Shown: piece after piece, positions 1 through 10,255 of the stretch
Layout of the letters: every line of letters starts with the position of its first letter
How positions within the stretch are numbered: position 1 is the stretch's first letter
Source: Candidatus Hodarchaeota archaeon
GTDB taxonomy: Archaea > Asgardarchaeota > Lokiarchaeia > Sigyniarchaeales > SOKP01
NCBI GenBank assembly: GCA_048886685.1
Contig: JBHLKM010000003.1
Span: 224,001 to 288,000, forward strand
Reading direction: 5' to 3'
Length of the DNA stretch: 64,000 bases
The notes under the pieces: generated by a model
Databases searched by the model: none
What the model was told of the DNA's origin: nothing
Seen by the model: the letters and a program-made list of their open reading frames with translations, nothing else
Position numbers and translations under genes: made by a program

Positions 1-149
1 GGGGAACCGATATTAATTGGGCAAGAGCTTCATTTAGCAATTTCAATGCAGCTGTTTGGCCCGGATTTTTTATAGGAATAACAGCTATAGGGTTTATGCT
101 CATAGGAGATGGTTTGCGAGATGCATTGGATCCACGATTAAGTAAATAA
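1..149 (+). CDS. Peptide ABC transporter permease (OppC/DppC type), 3' end only
   Basis: Frame 3 reads ...AAVWPGFFIGITAIGFMLIGDGLRDALDPRLSK*; GDGLRDALDPR is the typical DppC C-terminus; lies upstream of the OppD/OppF-type ATPases. Confidence 0.85.
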   Translation, partial: GTDINWARASFSNFNAAVWPGFFIGITAIGFMLIGDGLRDALDPRLSK

Positions 150-191
150 AAAAAAGGGGGATAAAAGGTTTTAGATACAATATATCAAACT

Positions 192-2090
192 GTGTATGGA
201 TTAAATTATGGAATGGCTTTTGTTGAATCTATTATTGCGACATTGATTTTGTTCCTAATTGTAAATATTATTAATAACGAAATTCCTGAAGAACAACAGA
301 TCTCCAAAAAATTCCATAGAAAGAGTTCAGCTGTAATTAGCATCATACTTTTTGGTATAATATTTGGCATTCGGTCTATTTTTGAAACTCTAGGGACTTT
401 TTTTTCCAAGTTTTTAATTTTCAATAATGATGCTTTGATGTTTGCACTAATGACAACACTTTTTTATTTTCTGTATAAAAAATTAGTGTTTAAAAAAGAA
501 ATATTCGGGTCTATAGGAGAGGGGCTTTTTAGTAATCCATTTCTAAAAATATTTAGATACTTTATTATATTATGTTGCATAATCGCTGGCATATTCCTCT
601 CAATTTCTATTCTAAGAATTAGAATGGATAATCCTGATACTTTTAACCTCGGATTTATATGGGCTGCTTTAACGGTTGCATTTGATATTATCGTTACAAA
701 TATTATAAATAGGATTCGTTCAATTGAAAAACGTATCCCTAAACAAATTCTTAAATATTCTATGTTTACTGGTGCACTCATTTCTTTCGGAATTTGGTCA
801 ATACAACTAATAATTTTTGAATTGTATTTGAATAAACTATTTGGATTAATGCTATATGAGCAAGATATTCGTGTACTATTTGGAGTAGTTAGTGCTATAT
901 ATGGTTCTATATTTTATTTATCTTTAAAAAAGAAATTTATGCCTACTGCTGAGGAAAAAAGCAAGTTAAAAATCCAAAAAGCACTCGAAATAGTTAGTGA
1001 GCAAACTGTACAAAATTTTACTTCAGGAGGGAATCATACGATTCTTGAAGTGAAAGATCTCGTTACCTATTTTCATACAGAAGAAGGTGTTGTTCATGCT
1101 GTAGAGGGTGTTTCTTTTCAAGTATATGAGGGAGAAGTTCTTGGTCTTGTGGGCGAAACTGGTTGTGGGAAATCTGTAACTGCATTATCGATTCTCCGAG
1201 TAATTAGACCTCCAGGAAAAATTGAGAAAGGCAGTGTTATTTTTAGAGGAGAAAACCTATTAATAAAACCTGAATCAGAAATGCTAAAATATCGTGGCAA
1301 AGATATTACAATGATTTTTCAAGATCCACTAAATTCTCTTAATCCCGTTTTTAGAATAGGTAAACAAATCTCTGAAGTATTTTTATTGCATATGGAAAAT
1401 GAAATGCTTGCTGAAGCTTCCAAGTTTCCCGATAAAACCACATATGGTATTGCTCGAGAATGGAGCATAGAGCTCTTAAGAGAATTAAATATACCTTTTC
1501 CTCAAGTAATTATCGATCGATATCCACATGAATTAAGTGGTGGAATGCGACAAAGAGTTCAGATCGCTATGGCTCTTGCCTGTAGACCTAAATTACTAAT
1601 TGCTGACGAACCGACTACTGCGCTAGATGTAACAGTACAGAACCAAATTCTAAAACTGATGAAAGAACTTCGAAAAAAATTTAATACAACCATATTATTT
1701 ATTACTCACGATCTTGGAATTATCTCTAAAATGTGTGATCGTGTTGCTGTAATGTATTGTGGGTCTATTGTTGAATATGGAGATATAAAGAAGCTCTTTA
1801 CTACTCCATATCATCCATACACTAGAGGACTTATAGCTTCTGTTCCTCTTATGAGGAGAAGACAACGACAACTTGAAGTTATACCTGGAATGGTACCAAA
1901 TTTAATTTATCCACCTTTAGGATGTAGATTTCATCCTAGATGTCAATATTGCTTCGAGCCCTGTGATTCAAAAGTTCCAAAACAAATTGAGATTGAACCG
2001 GGATATTTTGTTAGATGTCATCTCTATGATCCCGAATATGAAAGTCAAGCAGAAATTTCTATAAAGAAAATAGGAGATATATCAGAATAA
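192..2090 (+). CDS. OppD/DppD-type ABC ATPase with ~280-aa N-terminal multi-pass membrane domain
   Basis: Walker A GETGCGKS, signature LSGGMRQR, Walker B LLIADEPTT, C-terminal HPYT..GCRFHPRC..C..C module; hydrophobic N-terminal third; start uncertain. Confidence 0.9.
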   Translation: MYGLNYGMAFVESIIATLILFLIVNIINNEIPEEQQISKKFHRKSSAVISIILFGIIFGIRSIFETLGTFFSKFLIFNNDALMFALMTTLFYFLYKKLVFKKEIFGSIGEGLFSNPFLKIFRYFIILCCIIAGIFLSISILRIRMDNPDTFNLGFIWAALTVAFDIIVTNIINRIRSIEKRIPKQILKYSMFTGALISFGIWSIQLIIFELYLNKLFGLMLYEQDIRVLFGVVSAIYGSIFYLSLKKKFMPTAEEKSKLKIQKALEIVSEQTVQNFTSGGNHTILEVKDLVTYFHTEEGVVHAVEGVSFQVYEGEVLGLVGETGCGKSVTALSILRVIRPPGKIEKGSVIFRGENLLIKPESEMLKYRGKDITMIFQDPLNSLNPVFRIGKQISEVFLLHMENEMLAEASKFPDKTTYGIAREWSIELLRELNIPFPQVIIDRYPHELSGGMRQRVQIAMALACRPKLLIADEPTTALDVTVQNQILKLMKELRKKFNTTILFITHDLGIISKMCDRVAVMYCGSIVEYGDIKKLFTTPYHPYTRGLIASVPLMRRRQRQLEVIPGMVPNLIYPPLGCRFHPRCQYCFEPCDSKVPKQIEIEPGYFVRCHLYDPEYESQAEISIKKIGDISE

Positions 2091-2116
2091 ATAAAAATTA
2101 GAGGTTAGTTATAATC

Positions 2117-3832
2117 TTGGTTGGTCTAATAGAATTTGTCATTATTCCCGTCGTTATATTTATAATAGGTTTTTTTATAATGAGACGATTAATAAAAGGA
2201 AAGAGATGGGAGAATTCAATAAGAATAACACTAGTAATAAATCTGATCTGGTTAATTTTCAGTATAATTTCTAATGTTATAATTTTAAAAACTTTCGGTG
2301 ATTCACTTCTTTCTAAGATTATATTATTTATAATACTCATACCAGTTGGCATATTAATCCTTTGGGGAATTTATGATAAAAATGTTCTCGAGTCACTCGA
2401 AGTTGTTAGCCTTATCCTAGCAGCATTGCTAGTAATATCGTTATTTTTAAGCGGTATTCAAGAAATTCTCAAAATCTGGCAAATTGAAGGAAATGATGAT
2501 TTAGATGGTTCTAAATTTACATTTGCTATGGCATTTCTTTTCGTTTTTGGTCTATCTATTTTTTTAGCTTATTGGGGAGATAAAATACAATTAGTGCGAT
2601 TCAGGATAACTTTTGCTATAGGTAGTATAACACCTGGAACTTATTATTTGATGCAAACCTTTATTTCTCAGAATGAAAACTTTTACAATGAAATAGTTAT
2701 TGATCTCTTTATTGCCTTTACAATTGCGATTGTTACTATTTTTATTGTAAAGCAAATTGCTTATCAAACTATTGAGTTCAAAGAAATTAGAGGTTTAGCT
2801 GTCCTTGAGAAGGATAAACCATTATTAAAGGTAAAAGATCTTAAAGTACATTATCCACTCTTTAAGGGAACCCTTAAAAGACAAATCGGAGCTGTAAAAG
2901 CAGTAAATGGAGTCAATTTCAGCCTAAAAACAGGTCAAACCCTCGGGCTAGTTGGAGAGAGTGGATGTGGGAAAACGACGATTGCAAAAGCAATTCTCGG
3001 TTTGGTTGACAAAACAGACGGAGAAATTCTTTTCCGGGATAATCCCATCCCTCCTGAGTATTCAGTTTATTTAAGACATAAAATACAAATGGTTTTTCAA
3101 GATCCAGATGCATCCTTGAATCCCCGTTTAAAAGTAGTCGATATAATAGCAGAACCACTTAGGAATTTACTAGGTATTACTAATAAAATGGAAATCAGAA
3201 GACGAGTTCTAAATTTGTTAGATGAGGTTTCCTTAAAACGAGAGCACATGGATCGCTATCCACATGAATTTTCTGGTGGTCAGAAGCAAAGAATTGTTAT
3301 AGCAAGAGCCTTAGCTTGCAATCCAGAATTAATTATTTTAGATGAACCTTCCTCTGCTCTTGATGTATCAGTCCAAGCACAAATCCTTAATCTTCTTAGA
3401 GAATTACAAGCACAATATGGGTATGGCTATCTGTTTATTACTCATAATTTAGCTGTTGTAAATTATATTGCTGATCGTGTAGCCGTCATGTATCTTGGCA
3501 AAATTGTAGAAATAGGAAGTAAAGAACAAGTTTTTAAAAGACCAACTCATCCATATACTCAAGCTCTTCTCTCTTCACATTCTGATATTGATCCTTACAA
3601 TCAAGAGATCAGTTTTGTTATCACGGGGGAAGTACCAAGTCCTATAGCACCTCCACCGGGATGTACATTTAATCCACGCTGCTCTTCAGATGCCCGAACT
3701 AAAGATTGTGAACTTGAACTACCTCATAAAATAAAAATCGAGGAAGGTCATTATATTTGGTGTATTAATCCTCCGACTTCACTGCAATCAGAAACTCAAG
3801 AACCTAAAGAGAGTTTATCATTGAATAATTAA
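2117..3832 (+). CDS. OppF/DppF-type ABC ATPase with ~230-aa N-terminal multi-pass membrane domain
   Basis: GESGCGKT, FSGGQKQR, ILDEPSS, HPYT..GCTFNPRC; hydrophobic N-terminus. Confidence 0.9.
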   Translation: MVGLIEFVIIPVVIFIIGFFIMRRLIKGKRWENSIRITLVINLIWLIFSIISNVIILKTFGDSLLSKIILFIILIPVGILILWGIYDKNVLESLEVVSLILAALLVISLFLSGIQEILKIWQIEGNDDLDGSKFTFAMAFLFVFGLSIFLAYWGDKIQLVRFRITFAIGSITPGTYYLMQTFISQNENFYNEIVIDLFIAFTIAIVTIFIVKQIAYQTIEFKEIRGLAVLEKDKPLLKVKDLKVHYPLFKGTLKRQIGAVKAVNGVNFSLKTGQTLGLVGESGCGKTTIAKAILGLVDKTDGEILFRDNPIPPEYSVYLRHKIQMVFQDPDASLNPRLKVVDIIAEPLRNLLGITNKMEIRRRVLNLLDEVSLKREHMDRYPHEFSGGQKQRIVIARALACNPELIILDEPSSALDVSVQAQILNLLRELQAQYGYGYLFITHNLAVVNYIADRVAVMYLGKIVEIGSKEQVFKRPTHPYTQALLSSHSDIDPYNQEISFVITGEVPSPIAPPPGCTFNPRCSSDARTKDCELELPHKIKIEEGHYIWCINPPTSLQSETQEPKESLSLNN

Positions 3833-3974
3833 AAAAAAATACGTTTCTTCTTCATGTAATTAATAAAATCTGCAATTAAAATTTAACTAAATCCATTTTT
3901 CTTAAATAATAGTCTAATTTTCAAGGATTAATGATAATACTTCTTCTTATGAATGGTTATAATTAGTTTAAAAA

Positions 3975-3995
3975 TAAATTTACATAATTAATTTA
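3975..3995. promoter_or_regulatory. Palindromic operator copy 1 (TAAATTTAC-ATA-ATTAATTTA), just downstream of a TATA-like TTTAAAA
   Basis: Same 21-bp dyad recurs at 6552 and 10217; ends 27 nt before the GRE1 ATG. Confidence 0.6.
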
Positions 3996-4022
3996 AAATA
4001 ATAAAAAAACAATATTTGAATT

Positions 4023-6452
4023 ATGGTAGTTCAAGATATCAGATTGACTCCTCTTCAAGGGATACCTTCAGAGAGGATTAGAAAAATTAGAGACAGGATG
4101 TTGTCCCAACCCTTCGAATATGATCTAGAGCGTGCACGCTGTTATTCAAGAATTTGGAAACAGATGGAAGATGCTCATCCCTATATGAAAAAAGCCAAAG
4201 CATTAAAGGAATTCTTACGCTGCCTTCCTATAAGGATTGATTCCGATGAATTTCTTGTAGGAGTAAAATCCAGTAAAATAAGAGCTGATCCTTTTGAAAT
4301 AGAACTTGGAAGGCATGTTCGAATGTATGATTTCCTTTTAGATGATTCAATAGATGAAACAACTAAGGATTATTTCCGTAGACGTAATCCCATTCTTAGA
4401 CGTTATGTCCCTTTTACAGAAGAAGAACTTAACGAATTGAAAAATGATATTATCCCTGTTTGGAAAGGGAAGACATTAACAGACCTGAAAGAAAAACTTT
4501 GGATAGAAGCAGGCTTATTCAAGGAGAAAAAGAGTTCTATGGAACGAGCTGAGAGTTGGATTAACCCATTTTATGCAAATATGCAGGGTCATACCATTCC
4601 AGGTTATAAACGAGTTCTTAAAATAGGATTTAAAGGAATAGAAGAGATAGCTACTGAAGAACTTGAAAAACTTAAAGAAGATGATGAGGATTACGAAAAT
4701 CGCAAGACTTTTTATGAAGCAGTTCAAGTTTGTGCCAAAGCTGTTTGTGATTATTCTAATCGTTACGCAGATCTGGTAATGGAGATGGCTGAAAATGCAT
4801 CAGAATATAGAAGAGCAGAACTTTTAGATATTGCTGAACGGACAAGAAGAGTGCCTGCTCTCCCACCCAGAAGTTTCATGGAAGCACTTCAATCGGTATG
4901 GATGACCAACGTCGTCATGGAAATGAGCTATGGTAATGGTAATATATTTTCTCAAGGACGAGTAGACCAATATCTTTACCCTTATTATATCGCAGATTTA
5001 AAAGAAGGACTTATTACTTATGAGGAAGCTTTAGAAGCCATTGAGGAATATTTAGTTAAACTTGCCACTGTTGTTATCGCAGGACAGAATAATATAACTA
5101 TTGGAGGATTAGATAAGGATGGAAATGATGCTACTAATGACGTTTCATACATGTTTCTTGAAGCTGTTGCAAATGTAAAAAGTTTATTGAATACGTTATC
5201 AATACGGATTTCTTCTAAAACACCCCGAGATTTTCTGAAAAGAACCATTGAAGCTTTTAAATACACTGGCGGAATGGGAATTCATAATGATGAAATTTTA
5301 GTACCACAGCTTCAAAAAGACGGGTATTCATTAGAACATGCTAGAGATTACTCACTCGTAGGGTGTGTAGAACCTCATGGTACTGGGTTTGATTTTTCAT
5401 ACACTGCGGGTAATGGCGTTCGATTGTCAACCGTTTTACATATGGCTTTAAATGAAGGACGAATTCTTATAGCAGGGAACCGTCAATTTGGAGCAAAAAC
5501 ACCTGATCCAAATACTTTTAAAACTTTCGAAGATGTGAAAAAAGCTTTTGTAGATCAGCTTTCCTTTGGAGTAGATTTAGTTGTGAAAAAGGCAGAATTA
5601 AAAGATAGAGCCTTTGCAGAATATTTTCCTTCCCCATTGCTTTCATCTACAATAGAGGGATGCCTAGAGAGTGGAAAAGATGTAACTCGAAATGGAGCGC
5701 GCTATAATAACAACCCTATTGGCTGTCAAGCATTAGCAACCGTAACCAATTCATTAGCAGCAATTCGCTGGGCAGTATTCGAAGAAAAATTAGTGACAAT
5801 GGGAGAATTAGTTACGCATCTTAATAATAATTTCAAGGGAGCAGATAAACTTAAAGAACTTTTAAGAAATAAGGCTCCAAAATACGGTAATGGTGATGAG
5901 AGGACAGACGAACTTGCAAGATGGGTTGCGCATACTCTATGTGATATTGTCAGAAAATATCCTGCTAGAGGTGGTGCTGGTATTTATCGCACATATTTTG
6001 TGTCTTCAGGACTTAATATTCTTGAGGGTAAAATGTTAGGAGCGACTCCCGATGGAAGATTATCTGGTGAAGCTGTTTCTAATGGCATATCTCCTGCAAA
6101 CGGAACAGAGAAAAATGGGCTTACTATGACGCTCCGATCAGTAGCTTTAGCAACAAAAGATGCTCTCCTAACCGGTGGAGTAACCATGAACATAAGAATC
6201 AATCCCAGTTTAATAGAAACAGATGAAGGTATAGATAAATTAACATCTATTGTTGACGCTTATTTGGAATTAGGAGGAAGAGAACTTCAGATTAATCCTG
6301 TAAGTACAGAAACATTAAGAGACGCACAAGCTCATCCAGAAAAATACCCTGACTTATCAGTTAAGGTCACAGGTTATTCTGCTCGGTTCATAGAAGTGGG
6401 TAGAAGTCTTCAAAATGACATCATTGCCCGTACGGTATTTAATGAATTATAA
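4023..6452 (+). CDS. Glycyl radical enzyme (PFL2/eliminase class), paralogue 1
   Basis: GRVDQYLYPYY, active-site GCVEP, GATPDGR, C-terminal glycyl loop DLSVKVTGYSARF. Confidence 0.92.
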   Translation: MVVQDIRLTPLQGIPSERIRKIRDRMLSQPFEYDLERARCYSRIWKQMEDAHPYMKKAKALKEFLRCLPIRIDSDEFLVGVKSSKIRADPFEIELGRHVRMYDFLLDDSIDETTKDYFRRRNPILRRYVPFTEEELNELKNDIIPVWKGKTLTDLKEKLWIEAGLFKEKKSSMERAESWINPFYANMQGHTIPGYKRVLKIGFKGIEEIATEELEKLKEDDEDYENRKTFYEAVQVCAKAVCDYSNRYADLVMEMAENASEYRRAELLDIAERTRRVPALPPRSFMEALQSVWMTNVVMEMSYGNGNIFSQGRVDQYLYPYYIADLKEGLITYEEALEAIEEYLVKLATVVIAGQNNITIGGLDKDGNDATNDVSYMFLEAVANVKSLLNTLSIRISSKTPRDFLKRTIEAFKYTGGMGIHNDEILVPQLQKDGYSLEHARDYSLVGCVEPHGTGFDFSYTAGNGVRLSTVLHMALNEGRILIAGNRQFGAKTPDPNTFKTFEDVKKAFVDQLSFGVDLVVKKAELKDRAFAEYFPSPLLSSTIEGCLESGKDVTRNGARYNNNPIGCQALATVTNSLAAIRWAVFEEKLVTMGELVTHLNNNFKGADKLKELLRNKAPKYGNGDERTDELARWVAHTLCDIVRKYPARGGAGIYRTYFVSSGLNILEGKMLGATPDGRLSGEAVSNGISPANGTEKNGLTMTLRSVALATKDALLTGGVTMNIRINPSLIETDEGIDKLTSIVDAYLELGGRELQINPVSTETLRDAQAHPEKYPDLSVKVTGYSARFIEVGRSLQNDIIARTVFNEL

Positions 6453-6461
6453 AATTTCGTT

Positions 6462-6484
6462 TTAATTTTTTTTTAATATTTTTA
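6462..6484 (+). terminator. Oligo-T tract after GRE1 (archaeal-type terminator)
   Basis: T-runs immediately after the stop codon; similar tract after GRE2. Confidence 0.4.
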
Positions 6485-6551
6485 AATAGCCCTAAAGAAA
6501 TACTTATTAAAAAATTATAAAAGATTTTACATTATTACAATAATTTATAAA

Positions 6552-6572
6552 TAAATTAACATAGTTAATTTA
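6552..6572. promoter_or_regulatory. Palindromic operator copy 2 (TAAATTAAC-ATA-GTTAATTTA, perfect 9-bp arms), next to TATA box TTTATAAA
   Basis: Perfect inverted repeat ending 26 nt before the GRE2 ATG. Confidence 0.65.
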
Positions 6573-6598
6573 AATAATAAAAAAACTATATTAGAATT

Positions 6599-9037
6599 AT
6601 GGTAGTTCAAGGTACTAAAATGACCCCTCTTCAAGGGATTCCCTCCGAGAGGGTTCGAAAGATTAGAGATAGAATGCTTGCTATGCCTAGAGAACTTGAT
6701 ATTGAACGAGCTCGGTGTTATACAAGAATATACAAACAAATGGAAGATGCTCCGCCCTGTATGAAGAATGTCAAAGCATTAGAGGAATTCTTACGATGTC
6801 TTCCAATAAGGATTGAGGAAGATGAGCTTCTTGTAGGCGTAAAATCTAGTAAAGTGAGAGCTGATCCAATGGAAATTGAACGTGGAATGCGTGCTAGCGT
6901 TTATGGGTTTATGTTTAATGATTCAATAGATAAAAAAATAAGAGATAGGTTTGCCAAAAGCTCACGTCTTCTTAATCGTTCTGTTCCCTTACCAAAGGAA
7001 GAAATGGATGAGTTGAAATATGAAATCATCCCCTTCTGGAAAGATAGAACTGTAGCAGCTCGAAAGCGAGAATATTGGAAAGAAGCAGGCTTAATTGAAA
7101 CAGGGGCGGCATTAGGTCCTACGGGTAGGTCTCGGAGTGGTACTGATTTATTTGCAGGTGCTAGCATGCAAGGACATGTCATTCCAGGATATAGACGAGT
7201 TCTTAAAATGGGATTTAGAGGAATTGAAAAGATGGCGCAAGAAGGCCTTGCGAAACTCAAGGAAACAGACGAAAAATATGACCAACGGAAAGATTTTTAT
7301 GAATCAGTGGTGATAGCAGCAAGAGCAGTCTGTGATTATTCCAATCGCTATACAGATCTTGCAATGAAAATGGCAGAAAATGCTTCAGAAACAAGAAAGG
7401 CTGAACTATTAGATATTGCTGAACGAACAAGACGAGTGCCAGCACTTCCCCCTAGAACATTCATAGAAGCACTTCAATCAATTTGGATGACTAATGTTGT
7501 TATGGAAATGAGTTATGGTGCAGGAAATATCTTTTCTCAAGGACGGGTTGATCAATATCTTTATCCATATTATGTTGCTGATTTAGCCGAAGGTCGTATA
7601 ACATATGAAGAAGCTTTGGAACTCATTGAAGAATATTTAGTTAAACTTGCTTCTGTCGTTATCGCAGGACAGAATAATGTAACTATCGGTGGATTAGATA
7701 AAGATGGGAATGATGCTACTACTGATGTGTCATACATGTTTCTCGAGGCTGTTGCAAATGTAAAAAGCTTATTGAATACAATATCGATACGTATTTCTTC
7801 CAAGACACCCTATAATTTTTTGAAAAGAACTATTGAAGCTTTCAAGTATACAGCCGGAATGGGTATTCATAATGATGATGTGTTAGTACCACAGCTTCAT
7901 AATACAGGATATTCATTAGAGGATGCTAGAGATTATTCACTTGTAGGATGTGTAGAACCCCATGGTACTGGTAATGATTTCTCTTATACTGCAGGGAACG
8001 CTATTCAGATTACAATCCTTCTTAACATGGCATTAAATGAAGGACGTACTATTTATTCAAGAAATAAAACTGTCGGAGCGAAAACACCCCCAGCTAAAAC
8101 TTTTAAATCTTTTGAAGATGTGAAGAAAGCCTATGTAGACCAGCTTAAATTTGCCATAGATCTCGCTGTGAGAAAAGCTGAATTAAAGGATAAAGCATAT
8201 GCAGACTATCTTCCTTCCCCATTACTTTCATCTACAATAGAAGGATGTCTCGAAAGCGGAATGGACGCAACTCGAAACGGCGCTAAATATAACAATAACC
8301 CTATGGGCTCACAAGGATTAGCGACTGTTACTGATTCCTTAGCAGCAATTCGTTGGGCTGTATTTGAAGAGAAATTAGTGACAATGGAAGAATTAGTTAC
8401 CCACATGAATAATAATTTCAAAGGAGCAGAAAAACTTCGAGAAAAATTACGAAATAAAGCTCCTAAATATGGAAATGGTGATGAGCGAACAGACGAACTT
8501 GCAAAGTGGTTTGCATCTACCCTATGTGATATTACAAGAAAATATAAAGCGAGAGGCGGTGATGGTATATATCACAATTGCCTCGTATCTTCTGGAGGAC
8601 AAGTTGCGGAAGGTAGAGCATTGGGGGCGACTGCGGATGGAAGATTAGCTTATGAGCCTATATCAAACGGCATTTCTCCTGCAAACGGTATGGAAAAGAA
8701 TGGGCTTACCATGACACTCCGATCAGTAGCTTATGCAACTGGTGAACCGCATCTAACTAATGGAGCATCAATGAATATAAGAATTAATCCTACCTTAATA
8801 GAAACAGATGAAGGAGTCGATCAATTAGCTTCTATAGTAAAGGCTTATTTAGAGTTAGGAGGACGAGAACTTCAGATAAATCCAATAAGTACAGAAACAT
8901 TAAGAGATGCACAAGCTCATCCAGAAAAATATCCCGACCTATCAGTTAAGGTTACAGGCTACTCCGCTCGATTCATAGATTTAACAAAAGAGCTTCAAGA
9001 GGATATTATCGCAAGAACAGTATTTAATGAATTATAA
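6599..9037 (+). CDS. Glycyl radical enzyme (PFL2/eliminase class), paralogue 2
   Basis: Co-linear and highly similar to GRE1; GCVEP and KVTGYSARF motifs. Confidence 0.92.
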   Translation: MVVQGTKMTPLQGIPSERVRKIRDRMLAMPRELDIERARCYTRIYKQMEDAPPCMKNVKALEEFLRCLPIRIEEDELLVGVKSSKVRADPMEIERGMRASVYGFMFNDSIDKKIRDRFAKSSRLLNRSVPLPKEEMDELKYEIIPFWKDRTVAARKREYWKEAGLIETGAALGPTGRSRSGTDLFAGASMQGHVIPGYRRVLKMGFRGIEKMAQEGLAKLKETDEKYDQRKDFYESVVIAARAVCDYSNRYTDLAMKMAENASETRKAELLDIAERTRRVPALPPRTFIEALQSIWMTNVVMEMSYGAGNIFSQGRVDQYLYPYYVADLAEGRITYEEALELIEEYLVKLASVVIAGQNNVTIGGLDKDGNDATTDVSYMFLEAVANVKSLLNTISIRISSKTPYNFLKRTIEAFKYTAGMGIHNDDVLVPQLHNTGYSLEDARDYSLVGCVEPHGTGNDFSYTAGNAIQITILLNMALNEGRTIYSRNKTVGAKTPPAKTFKSFEDVKKAYVDQLKFAIDLAVRKAELKDKAYADYLPSPLLSSTIEGCLESGMDATRNGAKYNNNPMGSQGLATVTDSLAAIRWAVFEEKLVTMEELVTHMNNNFKGAEKLREKLRNKAPKYGNGDERTDELAKWFASTLCDITRKYKARGGDGIYHNCLVSSGGQVAEGRALGATADGRLAYEPISNGISPANGMEKNGLTMTLRSVAYATGEPHLTNGASMNIRINPTLIETDEGVDQLASIVKAYLELGGRELQINPISTETLRDAQAHPEKYPDLSVKVTGYSARFIDLTKELQEDIIARTVFNEL

Positions 9038-9198
9038 AATTTTTTCATACTTTTTTTAATTTTGTCATATTTAGTTTTCAATTTTTAATTTGATTATATT
9101 CTCGTTTTAGATCTGAAATACTTTTGATAATTTTGTATAAGAAATAAGTAAAAGAATATCTTTTCTGTAAGTTATTATGCAAATTGGTTTATTTCGAT

Positions 9199-10143
9199 TT
9201 AACGAGTTAAACCAGACCATTTAACCTTTTTAACCCCAGTACTTTTAGCAATTTCAAGAAAATTTTCCATCTCCTCTTTTGTCATTAATGGTTCATCTTT
9301 TAAAGGCCATGACATATCTAATCTTGAATATTTAATTTCGCAGAGTTTATTAAAACTTAATAGATCCCACTGATCAGGAATATTAATTAATTCATTTACA
9401 ATGAATTTTCCAATTTCCCTAATATTCTCTTCCGTGGCAGTATAATGTGGTATTATTGGTGTCCTTATCCACATTATCTTTCCATTTTCTTTGGTATATC
9501 GTGAAATCCATTTAGCATTTTCTAAGATTCTTTTATTTGAAACGCCCGTATATTCTTCATGTTTTTTAGCATCAATAACCTTTATATCTAAAAGAACTAT
9601 ATCAACGTAGGGTAATAAATCTTGATAAACTTTTTTACTTGAATATCCACATGTGTCTAAAGCAGTAGAAATGTCATTTTCCTTACATAATTTTAAAAGT
9701 TGTAAGAGAAAATCAGGTTGAAATGTAGGTTCACCACCAGAAACGGTTATACCTCCTTTTGTTTTATTAAAAAATATCTTTTCTTTCTCTATTTCGCGAA
9801 AAAGAATATCTAGATCCCACCACTTGCCAAACATAGTTAATGCCGTACTGGGACAGGCTTCTACACAATCTCCGCAACTATTACATTTTACTCTATTAAT
9901 ATGTAAACCATCTTCTTCAAAAAATAAAGTGTCCTCTTGGCAAGCATCTATACAACTATTACAACCAATGCATTTACGATCTATCCATTGAAGCTGAGGC
10001 TTTTTTGGAATTGATTCCGGATTGTGACACCAAACACAATTTAAGGGACAATAATTAAAAAAAATTGTTGTACGGACACCAGGACCATCGTCAGTAGCCA
10101 TTCTCTCAATTTTAAAAATTAAACCTTTAGATTTTGACTCTAT
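9199..10143 (-). CDS. GRE-activating radical SAM enzyme with 2x[4Fe-4S] ferredoxin insert; start extended from 10101 to ATA at 10143
   Basis: DGPGVRT, CPLNCVWC, CIGCNSC/CNSCGDC..CP, SGGEP, DTCGY; the conserved GLIFKIER segment lies upstream of the first ATG. Confidence 0.9.
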   Translation of the reverse strand: MESKSKGLIFKIERMATDDGPGVRTTIFFNYCPLNCVWCHNPESIPKKPQLQWIDRKCIGCNSCIDACQEDTLFFEEDGLHINRVKCNSCGDCVEACPSTALTMFGKWWDLDILFREIEKEKIFFNKTKGGITVSGGEPTFQPDFLLQLLKLCKENDISTALDTCGYSSKKVYQDLLPYVDIVLLDIKVIDAKKHEEYTGVSNKRILENAKWISRYTKENGKIMWIRTPIIPHYTATEENIREIGKFIVNELINIPDQWDLLSFNKLCEIKYSRLDMSWPLKDEPLMTKEEMENFLEIAKSTGVKKVKWSGLTR

Positions 10144-10216
10144 AATACGGCACCATAATAATTGCTAAAATGTTCTTTAAAAGAAAATACAAAAAGTACT
10201 TGAATAAAAAAATATT

Positions 10217-10237
10217 TAAATTTATTATGTAAATTTA
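10217..10237. promoter_or_regulatory. Palindromic operator copy 3 (TAAATTTAT-TAT-GTAAATTTA) in the divergent activase/TetR promoter
   Basis: Reverse complement TAAATTTACATAATAAATTTA matches copy 1 at 20 of 21 positions. Confidence 0.65.
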
Positions 10238-10255
10238 AAATCATTTTTATGTTCT

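Noticed and set aside
156-191. Non-canonical GTT/ATA start for the OppD-type gene (similarly at 2111 and 21423)
   Set aside because: An SD-like motif is present, but canonical GTG/TTG alternatives are nearby and no conserved motif forces the extension
4023-9037. Calling the GREs pyruvate formate-lyase, or treating the duplication as an assembly artefact
   Set aside because: They have GCVE rather than the PFL Cys-Cys pair; the copies differ by many substitutions and indels
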